NCBI GenBank assembly: GCA_009859145.1
Contig: VRVR01000003.1
Coordinates: 195,315 to 259,314 of the forward strand
DNA: 64,000 nucleotides
Direction: 5' to 3'
From: Andalucia godoyi And28
Taxonomy: Eukaryota > Protista > Jakobida
The notes beneath the pieces were generated by a model, which saw only the letters and a list, made by a program, of their open reading frames with translations, had not been told where the DNA came from and did no database searches. The translations under genes and the position numbers were made by a program. Each line of letters opens with the position of its first letter. Positions within the stretch are counted from its first letter, which is position 1. Shown here piece after piece: positions 21,931-31,524 of this stretch.

Positions 21931-22548
21931 TCACGCTATCGGCGGGAACCCCGTTGTGTGTGGCCTTTTATTTGCAGAGCCACCCGGGAGACCCGCATTT
22001 CGTGCATGAGGATAGCCATCATAGCCATGCCGTAGCGTGTCCGCAACAGATCCGTTTTTTCTTGTCGCCGTCAGTCCTTCGCATCGCACAAGATTCACTC
22101 GTTCCCTCGCCAGCGGCTTGACGCCCTGATATGCAGCCTGTCTTTTCTCAGCAGCAGCAGAAATGCGGTAGTCAATATACTTTTTTCCAGTTGGAGCCGG
22201 GACTTTGGCTGCGTCGTATTCTCCGGAAATGAGGTTCCAAGAGTTGTACGAAGAGAGTTCCGACAGCTGCCTCTGATGCGATTCGAACCCTTCTTGCTTT
22301 CTTTGTTCGTTCAGTGCTTCAAGCTGCTTTCTCGGTTCGTCCTGTCGAATCTGTGCATAATTGCGCCGGTAGAATCCACGGCCGAATTTGCCCGTCATGT
22401 GAGGATCGCCACTCGGATGTGCGGTTCCATGCAAAAAGTCCTTTCCCGAACCAGCATACACCGGGATTGCTTGCACGTGTTTTTTCTGAGCAATATGAAC
22501 TTCCGCACTCCTTTCCCACGGAGGCGTTGGCCGATACAACGAGTCCAT
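21931..22548 (-). CDS. Hypothetical protein (about 205 aa)
   Basis: ATG (MDSLYRPT) at 22548; the upstream ORF-track extension is a (CA)n repeat artefact. Confidence 0.6.
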   Translation of the reverse strand: MDSLYRPTPPWERSAEVHIAQKKHVQAIPVYAGSGKDFLHGTAHPSGDPHMTGKFGRGFYRRNYAQIRQDEPRKQLEALNEQRKQEGFESHQRQLSELSSYNSWNLISGEYDAAKVPAPTGKKYIDYRISAAAEKRQAAYQGVKPLARERVNLVRCEGLTATRKNGSVADTLRHGYDGYPHARNAGLPGGSANKRPHTTGFPPIA

Positions 22549-22653
22549 TCCTTTTCTTTCTCTTTCTCCTCCTCCTTTTCCTTTCGTATTTCCTCTCTGT
22601 TTGTTTTTCGCGTGGTGCTCCGTGATGTGCTGTTCACCGTAGAATCGTGTGTA

Positions 22654-22657
<4 letters not shown>

Positions 22658-22697
<40 letters not shown>
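22658..22697. repeat. (TG)20 microsatellite
   Basis: Read directly. Confidence 0.9.
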
Positions 22698-22698
<1 letters not shown>

Positions 22699-22950
22699 AA
22701 AAAAGTGCGCGAGTCGATAGCAGAACGACGAAAGCACCCGTGAAGAAACAAACGCCGGGATGGAATAAAAAACAACTGTCGCAGTGCGTTGATCCGCTCA
22801 GACAAAAGCTTCCATCGACCATTGTCGACGGTAACCCGCAGCATCGTTAAAATTAAATTACATTATCTAAAAAAACCAGTAAACCCCAATGTTTTTGGTT
22901 TTCGTCTTCCCTTTTGACTCTCTTCTTCTGTCGTGATTTAAAACAAGAAC

Positions 22951-22982
<32 letters not shown>

Positions 22983-23109
22983 GAAGAAAAATACTAAACA
23001 GAAAGACTTTTGTCATATATTTCTTTCTCTCCTGTTTCCTAGTTCGTGTTGTTTGCTGTTGTTTTTCGTCTGAGTTGCTTGTTACGCTGCGTTCTTCTTG
23101 AGCAGCAAC

Positions 23110-26100
23110 ATGTCCTTGTTTCTTTCGTACCCGCTACCGCTCACGGGACCGATTGTGTCTTCGAGCTGGAGTCCGTCGCAAAAGTACTTTGCGGCAGGAC
23201 TATCGAATGGCGAGGTTGTTATATTCAATGAGGAAGGTGAGCGGCTTGATCGTTTTCAGATTCGAAAGGCGTCTGTTCAGCCTGCTGTGATCGCGTGGCA
23301 CCCTTCGAAGACGATTCTGGCAATTGGATGGTCTGATGGAACTGTTTCTGTCTATACGGACTCGGATAAACGCGTCACGGATGGCGCTGCAAAGCATTCG
23401 GCGGCGGTGTCATTGGTTTCATGGTCCCCAGAAGGAAGACGGCTTCTTTCAGGGGACGATGCTGGAACTTTGGCAGTCTGGAAAGTGGATTCCCGTGGCG
23501 CATTCCAACCGATTGCAAAGTATTCGGTGAAGGGAAAGATCACGCACTGCTGTTTCAGAACGGTTCTTGGAGCAAAACAGCAGCCACAGACAATGAATAT
23601 TGAGTGTCCGCCGTTCTTTTTCGCCACGGAATCCGGGAAGGTGTATGTAGCGGACGACGCTGGTCACTACACAGAGGTATTCTCCATGCAGTTTCAGCTT
23701 GCGGCGCTCTTGTTTATGGAGAGCAGGCAAGCCCTCGTTGCAATTACCAAGAATGCCATTATGAGCATCCACCGTCTCTCCACGGTTCAGCAGCCTGCGA
23801 AAGACAACACAGCCCCGACTGCAAGGTATGGGTTCACAATCTCGCAGGTGGCTCGTGTGAAGATCTCGGCATCTGCATCTGACGGTGTTGCATCGGCGTG
23901 CTGGGTCGGAACCGGTGTTCTTGCCTATGTGTCTCACGAGTCTATTATTCGAATGTGGGATATTCACCATGAGGAGAATTTCACGCTGAGAGCCTTCGGG
24001 GGAACGTCCGGGTCTGCATTAACATCCCTGGCATATAACCCGAAGAGAAGAGTGGTTGCTGCGGGAAGTGCAGACGGACGTGTTGTGCTGTTTGAGTTCC
24101 GCGGCAATGAGAAGAGTCCAAGAGGTGCTGATGATTGGGTCTTAATCGAGGAACTTGCAGTGCAGCAAGGCGGCTCAAACGCAAACACCAATTCAAGCAC
24201 CACCAAAGATAACAAAACAGGTTTTATCAAGCACATGCTGTGGGGCCCTGGAACCCGTCTTTTGGTTGCGCAAACTGCAACTGGTGTGACGATTTTCTTT
24301 GAGAATAAGCTGCAAAGATGCATGAATCCCCAAGGAGTGTGTGCGATCCAGGTTTCTTCTTCCGTTGTTCAGGTATCCAATGGAAATTTAGCCCCGTCTG
24401 CGCCTCAGAATTCTTCAAGTATGAAGAATTCGACCAGCACTGTTGAATTCTCCATTGACTGTGGCGAGGGAGTTCAGTCAGCAATTCGCATCAAGGGAAT
24501 CTCAATTTCGGCAAAGTACGTCGCCATGTATGATTCGAAGCGAATCCATATCCACGCCCTTGATACGCAGAAGAGAGTGGGAATTCTTGATTTGGCCTCC
24601 ATTTCTGCATTGGAACCTCTTGCTTCCAAACAGGAGGCAGCGTCACAGTCCTATTTCTCTGCGTGTGCGCTTCATCCTTTTGACGATTACTTGTTCATCA
24701 TTCGCGATTCTAATGTGGAAATGCGATCGTTCGAAGGCGGATTGGTGCACACGTTCACCTTTTCTCCTGATGTGGAAGGAATCCCTGTTCAGATAAGTGT
24801 GAGCTTCGGATCCTCTTCGGTGTGCAACTTTGGGAACAACAGTTCCACAGCGCAGGGCTTGGACACCTCTCGCTGCGGATTCCTTTCTGTTGTTACGGAT
24901 CGTTCTTGGTTGAAGGTGTTTTCGCTTGCTGGTCGAGAGCCTCGTAATGTGGGTATTCCGAGAGTTCTCTGTCCGGATGATCCGGAAAGTTTACGATCCA
25001 TGGCACTCAATTCTGCTGGAAATCGCGTTGCATTCCTGCGGAACAATGCGAGTATTATGTTGGAAATTGACACGCTTGCCACTCATTTCAACATGCCCCA
25101 GTTGCTGAAGGAAGGCTCCCTGAATGATATTTCCAACAATCCAAACAAGACGGCTGGAGGTGTCCGTGGATCCGTGAAAATGATCCCAGGAAATTCAACA
25201 GCATCTTCTGTTTCTGTTTCTGCCAGCAAGGCCGGCGCCAGTGGAGCTTCAGCTCCTTCCCTTCAGCTCTGCGGAACGTCCAACCCGTCCGCGGATCTGT
25301 TGTTGCTCGCATTGCGTAATGCGAACAATTGTCTGTTTGTGTATGATCTTGAAGAAGATAAGATATTCATTTACTGGTTTGGCTTGACTCGTTATCTCGA
25401 GCTTGCAGCCCGTGGCAGTGGTGGACAGCCGAGTGAAGCCGCAGTGTCAACGGAGTCTCTCGCATTGCTTCCTATCGACACCGCTTGCTGGGATCCCAAT
25501 GAAGTGCGCATGGTATCTGCCCAGGTCGTGCAGGAGGTTATCACCGAGGAAACTTCCCTTGTGTCGTCGAAAACGGACACTGGTTCTGTGTACGTATGTT
25601 TTGTGACATCAGAGAACGGAATCGCTCTGCAAGACACTGTTACTTTCCCAAGCGCGAATGCGACGGCGCTTGTGGGGATCTGCGTTCCGTACATTGTCTC
25701 CTCGTCAACCCACGGCCGGCGTGCAGATCTTCAAACATCGCCAACATCTGCTGCACCCAGCACGTCTGTGCGTCCAGTCTGGCGGCAGTATCTCCGCGAT
25801 TTTGTAGGGCTGGAAAATTTGGATTTGTTTGTGGACGCAGAGCTTCGCAGGGCATTGCTGGATTTCAGTTTTTACCTTGCTATTGGAAACATGGACGACG
25901 CGTTCAAGGCTGTTCGGAAAGTATTTTCATCATCCTCAAACACGCAGAATGTCGGGCTGACACTTTGGAGAAATATGGCAAAGATGAGCGTGCAGACTCG
26001 CAAACTAGACGTCGCTGAGATGTGCATACGCCGTATGGGTCTTGCCCGCAGCGTTTCTGCTTTACATGAGTCTTCTGAGACCAGCACAATTCCTCCGGCT

Positions 26101-28428
26101 GTTATTGCAGCACTCTCTGGCCAGTCACTGACGGCTGCCGACGCCGCAACTGCCGAGAAAGACAAGGCGGCAAAACTCGGATCGATTGCCGTCGAGCTGG
26201 GGATGTTCGATGTGGCTGAAAAGATCTACAAAGAATCGGACAGATGGGACTTGGTGTCGAAATTGTACATGCTTACCGGTCGCTGGGAGGATGCTGTATC
26301 CACCGCAAAGGAGCATGACCGCATTCATCTGCGCACTGTGCAGTATTTGTTTGCACGCGAGCTTGAGAACAATGGTTCGATCGATAAGGCTGTCAAAGCT
26401 TATGAGATGGCACAGGTGCATTCGACGGAAGTCCCGCGGATGCTGTACGCAGCAAACAAGATCGCCGATTTGCAGAAGTATGTTGAAGGATACAAACCGG
26501 CATCTGGAGAGGATTCAGTGCATCGTAGTGGTTTGCTTACATGGTGGGCTTCTTATCTGGAAGCCACTGGTTCTGTGGAGGCTTCTCTACCATTTTACCA
26601 GCAGGCTGGAGATTTCGTGTCGGCAGTCCGCGTTCTTTGTGTCCTCGGGCGTTTCAATGACGCGGAGCAGTTCATTGGACAGTTGGATCGAAGAAAGGCA
26701 GACGTGGGTTCTGGATCTGGTAATTCCACTGCCGCCGCGTCCTACTTGCTTGCTCGCCATCTGGAGGATATGGCTGCAGAGGACATTTCGCCAGAAGCAA
26801 GTTCGTTGCGACAGCGGTCGATTCACGCCTATGCTGTTGCCGGACAGTATCGACAAGCGATCCGCCTCGCGCGTCTCTCTGGTCTGGATCAGGATCTGAT
26901 GACACTGGCACTCCAGGGAGATAAGACGACAAAGAAGGAGGCTGCGCAATTCTTCGAAGAGAACGGATCGATTGACAAGGCGGTGATTTTGTACCAGAAA
27001 GCTGGAATGCTAGGTCGTGCAGTTCAGATGTGCATAGATCGGCATCTTTTCGACGTCCTGGATTCCATTGTGCAAGAGTTGCTTCGCGAAAAGGCGCAGA
27101 CTCTGGCGTCCAGGCAAGCGAGCTCCGAAAACAAGGCTGTTTCAGCGGGTGCAGATACGGCAGACGATGAGTCGGCCAGTAACATTGATCCATCGCTTTG
27201 GGCTCGCTGTGGTGAATTCTTCATGTCCCACGGCAAGTTTGAAAGAGCCGCTGAGCTCTACGTGGCGGGCGGCATGTTTGAAAAGTCGATGGAAGTGTGT
27301 AAGTCGAAGAATGTTCCAATTCGGGAGGAATTTGCAGAGAATGTCACGACGCTGCTGGACTCGCTGGGAGATGCTCCTCGTCGAAATGCTGTTCTTCTTC
27401 AACTTGCCGAAGTCGCTGCTCGCCAAGGGCAGCATCACTTGGCGACCAAGAAATTTACTCAAGCGGGAGATCGTATCCGGGCAATGCAAGTACTTGTCCA
27501 ATCAGGTGACGTGGAAAAGATTGTGTTCTTCGCGAACGTTTCGAAGCAGCGAGAATTGTACATGTTGGCAGCAAACCATCTTCAGAACATGGATTGGAGG
27601 AATGATCCGTCGATTATGAAGCATATTGTGGCGCTCTATTCAAAGGCGAAGGCTCCAGAGGCGCTGGCTGCCTTTTACGAAGCATGCGCGCAAGTGGAGA
27701 TTGACGACTATCGCGACTATGATCGAGCACTTGCGGCCTTGCGTGAGGCTGAAAAATATCTTTCGAAGTCCAGAAATCGCGAAAAACGTGGGGATGATCT
27801 CCTGGTGCGAATAGAGCGTGTCGAGCGATTTGTGCATGCAAGAGCGGCGATTGCGAACAACGATCCTGAAGAGATGGTGCGTGTTTGCTGTGGCTTGATT
27901 GATGAACTGCGTGCTGCAGAAGCCCGAGGAGGGACGCAGAGTTCTGCTGCCCTGCGTCTCGGAGATGTGTTCGCCCTCCTTGTTGAGTACTACGTTTCTG
28001 TCGGCCAGTCGGATAAATCGCGAGATCTTGTGCAGCAGATGCGCCAGCTGCGCATCCGTCTTGATTACTTTTTGGGTCCGGAGCTCGTGGATTCTCTCGT
28101 AGAAGGAAGTCCTGCGGGGCCGACGACCCAGGGTCGTGCTCGTGGCACGCAGCCTCCTGCCGGCCGTGCCGTCAGTGGACAAGGCCGCGGAAATGTTTCC
28201 GACGATGAGCAGGATAGTGGAATGATGATGGAAGAAGAGGTGGTTGAGGACGACGAAACCGACAGCTTTGCACCCCGTTCCGGGAGATATGGAGGAGGAG
28301 GCAGTCGCAGCAACACGGCTGGCGGCGGCGGCGGACACGGACACAACCCGCGCGCAAGTTTCCAGCGTCACACATCTGCCGATGAAGACGTTGTTCAAGA
28401 AGAGGAAATTGTCGACGACGACTACTAG
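23110..28428 (+). CDS. IFT140: Intraflagellar transport protein 140 (IFT-A)
   Basis: N-terminal WD40 repeats (IAWHPSKTILAIGWSDG, WSPEGRRLLSGD), LDFSFYLAIGNMDDAFKAV, AKMSVQTRKLDVA, DRIHLRTV, AQVEIDDYRDYDRALAAL. Confidence 0.93.
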   Translation: MSLFLSYPLPLTGPIVSSSWSPSQKYFAAGLSNGEVVIFNEEGERLDRFQIRKASVQPAVIAWHPSKTILAIGWSDGTVSVYTDSDKRVTDGAAKHSAAVSLVSWSPEGRRLLSGDDAGTLAVWKVDSRGAFQPIAKYSVKGKITHCCFRTVLGAKQQPQTMNIECPPFFFATESGKVYVADDAGHYTEVFSMQFQLAALLFMESRQALVAITKNAIMSIHRLSTVQQPAKDNTAPTARYGFTISQVARVKISASASDGVASACWVGTGVLAYVSHESIIRMWDIHHEENFTLRAFGGTSGSALTSLAYNPKRRVVAAGSADGRVVLFEFRGNEKSPRGADDWVLIEELAVQQGGSNANTNSSTTKDNKTGFIKHMLWGPGTRLLVAQTATGVTIFFENKLQRCMNPQGVCAIQVSSSVVQVSNGNLAPSAPQNSSSMKNSTSTVEFSIDCGEGVQSAIRIKGISISAKYVAMYDSKRIHIHALDTQKRVGILDLASISALEPLASKQEAASQSYFSACALHPFDDYLFIIRDSNVEMRSFEGGLVHTFTFSPDVEGIPVQISVSFGSSSVCNFGNNSSTAQGLDTSRCGFLSVVTDRSWLKVFSLAGREPRNVGIPRVLCPDDPESLRSMALNSAGNRVAFLRNNASIMLEIDTLATHFNMPQLLKEGSLNDISNNPNKTAGGVRGSVKMIPGNSTASSVSVSASKAGASGASAPSLQLCGTSNPSADLLLLALRNANNCLFVYDLEEDKIFIYWFGLTRYLELAARGSGGQPSEAAVSTESLALLPIDTACWDPNEVRMVSAQVVQEVITEETSLVSSKTDTGSVYVCFVTSENGIALQDTVTFPSANATALVGICVPYIVSSSTHGRRADLQTSPTSAAPSTSVRPVWRQYLRDFVGLENLDLFVDAELRRALLDFSFYLAIGNMDDAFKAVRKVFSSSSNTQNVGLTLWRNMAKMSVQTRKLDVAEMCIRRMGLARSVSALHESSETSTIPPAVIAALSGQSLTAADAATAEKDKAAKLGSIAVELGMFDVAEKIYKESDRWDLVSKLYMLTGRWEDAVSTAKEHDRIHLRTVQYLFARELENNGSIDKAVKAYEMAQVHSTEVPRMLYAANKIADLQKYVEGYKPASGEDSVHRSGLLTWWASYLEATGSVEASLPFYQQAGDFVSAVRVLCVLGRFNDAEQFIGQLDRRKADVGSGSGNSTAAASYLLARHLEDMAAEDISPEASSLRQRSIHAYAVAGQYRQAIRLARLSGLDQDLMTLALQGDKTTKKEAAQFFEENGSIDKAVILYQKAGMLGRAVQMCIDRHLFDVLDSIVQELLREKAQTLASRQASSENKAVSAGADTADDESASNIDPSLWARCGEFFMSHGKFERAAELYVAGGMFEKSMEVCKSKNVPIREEFAENVTTLLDSLGDAPRRNAVLLQLAEVAARQGQHHLATKKFTQAGDRIRAMQVLVQSGDVEKIVFFANVSKQRELYMLAANHLQNMDWRNDPSIMKHIVALYSKAKAPEALAAFYEACAQVEIDDYRDYDRALAALREAEKYLSKSRNREKRGDDLLVRIERVERFVHARAAIANNDPEEMVRVCCGLIDELRAAEARGGTQSSAALRLGDVFALLVEYYVSVGQSDKSRDLVQQMRQLRIRLDYFLGPELVDSLVEGSPAGPTTQGRARGTQPPAGRAVSGQGRGNVSDDEQDSGMMMEEEVVEDDETDSFAPRSGRYGGGGSRSNTAGGGGGHGHNPRASFQRHTSADEDVVQEEEIVDDDY

Positions 28429-28538
28429 CGGAATTTCTTTCCTAGATGTGCCACTGTTTGAATCATTTTCCATGTGAAATTTGACAATCATTCGTTTCTT
28501 GTTTTTTATTATTGTTATTATCATCATCACGATCATCA

Positions 28539-28961
28539 CTATCTTCTCGTAAACCAAGTGTACAAAAGGAAGAATACAATCACCACAAACGCAACAAGAT
28601 ACCACATATGTTTCGACGTTGCGGTTTCAGCAAGATGTTTCACTTTCTGAAGAGTCCCGCTGAGCTGAGCGCCAACAATCCCGAACCTTCCTTGCATTTC
28701 CTCCAGCAACCGGTTTTGATCGTTGACCTCTGTCTGGATCTCTCTCGCGAGATGCCCCAACAACGTTGCTTTCTGCCCAAGATCAGCCATTCGCTCTTCG
28801 TTTTGTCGTTCCATCAGCGCCTGTGTTTCTTCTGCAAACGAGTTTTCAATGTCCGCTTGCCGACTATTACCGGAAGAAGACGCCGACGACGATGATCCGT
28901 CTGCTCTCCTGAAAAGGGCAGATCGTGCAGGTCCTGAAGAATTGTGTCTCATTTTCATCAT
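28539..28961 (-). CDS. BET1: Qc-SNARE, Bet1/Sft1-like
   Basis: MERQNEERMADLGQKATLLGHLAREIQTEVNDQNRLLEEM SNARE heptads and a C-terminal TM anchor. Confidence 0.85.
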   Translation of the reverse strand: MMKMRHNSSGPARSALFRRADGSSSSASSSGNSRQADIENSFAEETQALMERQNEERMADLGQKATLLGHLAREIQTEVNDQNRLLEEMQGRFGIVGAQLSGTLQKVKHLAETATSKHMWYLVAFVVIVFFLLYTWFTRR

Positions 28962-29365
28962 TCAGAAGTAGCAGTACCAGCAGCAGCAGCAACAACAGGA
29001 GCAGCAGCAACAACAGGAGCAGCGGGAAACGAAGATTCTGATGAGCAAATGAAACAAATAAATGAATGAAACACAACAGTGATTCGTTTCGACTTCCATT
29101 TATCATGAAAATCAAACTTCAATGATAAAAATGTATGCCATTCCTGTTGTAGAGCGCAGTTGACATTCGTCTACCGAACAACGTCGGGAAACTTGAAAAA
29201 AATAAGTCGACACACGTCGAGCATCCGAACAGCGAAAAAAGAAAAAACCGCACGAAAACAAGAGACTCCTTTTAATTTTTTGCGATTCTTGTTATGCTCT
29301 CTCGTGTGTGTGAGTGTGAGTGTGAGTGTGTGTGTGAGTGTGTGTGTGTGTATTCGTGACGCTGT

Positions 29366-31060
29366 ATGGAATCGATGAGCAAGCGGTCAGAGTCAGAGGT
29401 TAGCAGTGGTGTGGACATGCAAGAGTCATCTGCAAAGCGAGCGAGATTAGCCTCTGATTGCGATTCTCAGCAGCATCAGAAGCCGCAGCTCGTTCAGGAG
29501 CGGCAGGCGCAAGGGGAGCAGGAGCAGTCAATGCAGGAAAAACAGAGAAATATTGTGAGGGCCGGCGAGACTGTTCTTTTACGTGAGCATGATAATCATT
29601 GGTATTTTGGAATAGTTGGAAAACAACATACGATTCGAGTTGGAAAGGTCACAATCAAGACGGAGATGCTCGTTGGCAGACGGTTTGGCGAATTCTTTGA
29701 GATCCGCGATCGAAACACCATTTCGTTCTTCACTGAAGTCCCGTTTACGGAGCGTATTGGAGTTGTGGAGATGGAAGATATCAATGCAAACGCAGACAAT
29801 CGAAATATCCAGGCTGTGTTGGAACATCATGATGCGGAGGTTCAGAAACCGGTAATGTTGATGGCGCAGGGCTTTTCGGGTGAGGATCTTGTCAAGAAGC
29901 TTGTGGAGTCGCGTGCAATGAAGGATCAAAGAACGGTCTTTGAGCAAGAAAAATTCAAGAAGCGAAAGGCCTCCAAATACACCACCATTCTGCAGATTTT
30001 GCAGCCTACGCCGTCTGCCATCTGCAGAATGTATTCAACGAAACGCCTGGATCGGATTGGCATGCTGCGGGAAGACACGATTGGGCTCGTTTTGAACCGT
30101 GCAAATATCACATCTGGTATGCAGGCACTTATTGTGGAGCAGGGGACGATGCATGTGCTGGCAGGTGCTGTTGCGTATCGTCTGCAGGGAGCCGGAAGAG
30201 TACTACGTGGATTCACGGAAGATCGATTCTTGAGCGACTACTCGCTGGTGCGAACAATGAACCAGGATGTTTTGGCCTCTGGTTCGCGTGCTCCTGTCTA
30301 TTCTTTCTGCATGCAGGATATCTTGGAGGTGTTGAGAGCACGGAACCCCGCTGAACTATTGCAAGGAGAGCAGATGCCCAAGTTCCGCCGATCTGCAATG
30401 ACTCCTTCTCGAGAGCGTGTTTTGTCATTCCTACGATCTGGGGTTGACTCGCTCATCATTGCTGCGGGTGTGGAATCGACCATGGATATCCGAACCCTGT
30501 TTGCATGCTTGTGGCCGCTTCTTGCCCCTGGAGCCCCGTTTGTAATCTATTCACACTCCCTGCAACCTCTGGACGAGCTTTTCGACACAGTACGCTGCTC
30601 ATACCGTTTCGATCGTTCTCCAGGCTCTGTCAGCGAAAACAAGCTTTCCGAGAAGACTCCTATCGCGGTGCACACTCTCTTGACAGAGGAATTCTCGCGG
30701 TTGTATCAGGTGTTGCCAGATCGCTCCCATCCTGAGATGGGGCTGCAGCTGCCGTCAGGGTACATCCTTTCAGGCTACAAAGTCCAGCCCAGCACGGATG
30801 AATTCGAAAACTGCACCGCTACCTGCATCCAGGAAGCAAGGTCCGTTCCTCCGCCGCTCCAGCAGTTTTGGAAGATGACGACGACGGTTCCTATCTCCGA
30901 GATTGTTCCGCTGACGTTTGACGATTCCGATGAACCAGTTGGCCCGTATGTTCCATCCCAAGAGTATCTGGATTACGCCATCCAGTGCGAAGAAGCCGCC
31001 AAGGCCGCCGATCCAAGATTCAAATCCGAAGCAGCAGCAAGGGATGCGTCTTTGTCTTAG
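29366..31060 (+). CDS. TRM6: tRNA m1A58 methyltransferase non-catalytic subunit
   Basis: DNRNI, FEQEKFKKRKASKY, LREDTIGLVLNRANI, VDSLIIA, LAPGAPFVIYS, YQVLPDRSHPEM. Confidence 0.88.
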   Translation: MESMSKRSESEVSSGVDMQESSAKRARLASDCDSQQHQKPQLVQERQAQGEQEQSMQEKQRNIVRAGETVLLREHDNHWYFGIVGKQHTIRVGKVTIKTEMLVGRRFGEFFEIRDRNTISFFTEVPFTERIGVVEMEDINANADNRNIQAVLEHHDAEVQKPVMLMAQGFSGEDLVKKLVESRAMKDQRTVFEQEKFKKRKASKYTTILQILQPTPSAICRMYSTKRLDRIGMLREDTIGLVLNRANITSGMQALIVEQGTMHVLAGAVAYRLQGAGRVLRGFTEDRFLSDYSLVRTMNQDVLASGSRAPVYSFCMQDILEVLRARNPAELLQGEQMPKFRRSAMTPSRERVLSFLRSGVDSLIIAAGVESTMDIRTLFACLWPLLAPGAPFVIYSHSLQPLDELFDTVRCSYRFDRSPGSVSENKLSEKTPIAVHTLLTEEFSRLYQVLPDRSHPEMGLQLPSGYILSGYKVQPSTDEFENCTATCIQEARSVPPPLQQFWKMTTTVPISEIVPLTFDDSDEPVGPYVPSQEYLDYAIQCEEAAKAADPRFKSEAAARDASLS

Positions 31061-31074
31061 TGTTTTTACAAGAA

Positions 31075-31524
31075 CCGTTGGATAATAACTCGTCATTGTC
31101 ATGCATACGGAAGTATACATAAACAGACACGGTCAATACTTCCGACACTAGCACGTTTTGTTTTCAGGGAATTCGTGATACAGGGCCTCCTAGGCCCCGC
31201 AGACCTCCTAAGAGACCACGTGTCACTACGCCTACCGCCTCTTCCTCTCGTATCTCCAGTTGCATCAATCGCTGCAACTGAGGACACGAAAGCGCCTGCT
31301 GCTAGGGCCGCCAGACTCAAAATGCACCCTTCTCAGGAACACCGTGTCATGCTGAGAAAGTGGCTCACCGATTGATCGAGATTGGGAACGGAGCGCGGAA
31401 AATCTATCTGAAGAACGCCGAGAGGCGTGTTGGGGGCCTATACCCTTCCGAGCAACGGGATGCAAGACTGAATATGCATATCTATTCGTAGATATGCATG
31501 TTCAGTGGATAATGCAGGCGAGGG
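31075..31524 (+). mobile_element. Internally deleted non-autonomous Fanzor2/TnpB-like element, copy A
   Basis: Both ends shared with 60233-60601. Encodes RAARLKMHPSQEHRVMLRKWL (31304-31366) fused to IDRDW-(+1)-NGARKIYLKN (31371-31416), followed by a conserved hairpin region. Confidence 0.8.
31432..31524 (+). ncRNA. Putative Fanzor omega-RNA scaffold (copy A)
   Basis: 18-bp stem 31467-31484 / 31489-31506 with TTCG loop and one G-U pair, preceded by a small ttccg-agcaa-cggga hairpin. Conserved in copy B. Confidence 0.65.

Noticed and set aside
31426-31500. Another frame of copy A reads CWGPIPFRATGCKTEYAYLFVDMH, resembling a copia/gypsy integrase (D-x-x-GP...Y-x-L-x-F-V-D)
   Set aside because: The same DNA is better explained by the DRDxNGA motif, the N-terminal TnpB-type helix and the RNA hairpins. 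There are no LTRs and no other retroelement domains. It is probably a chance reading, though an HMM search should confirm.
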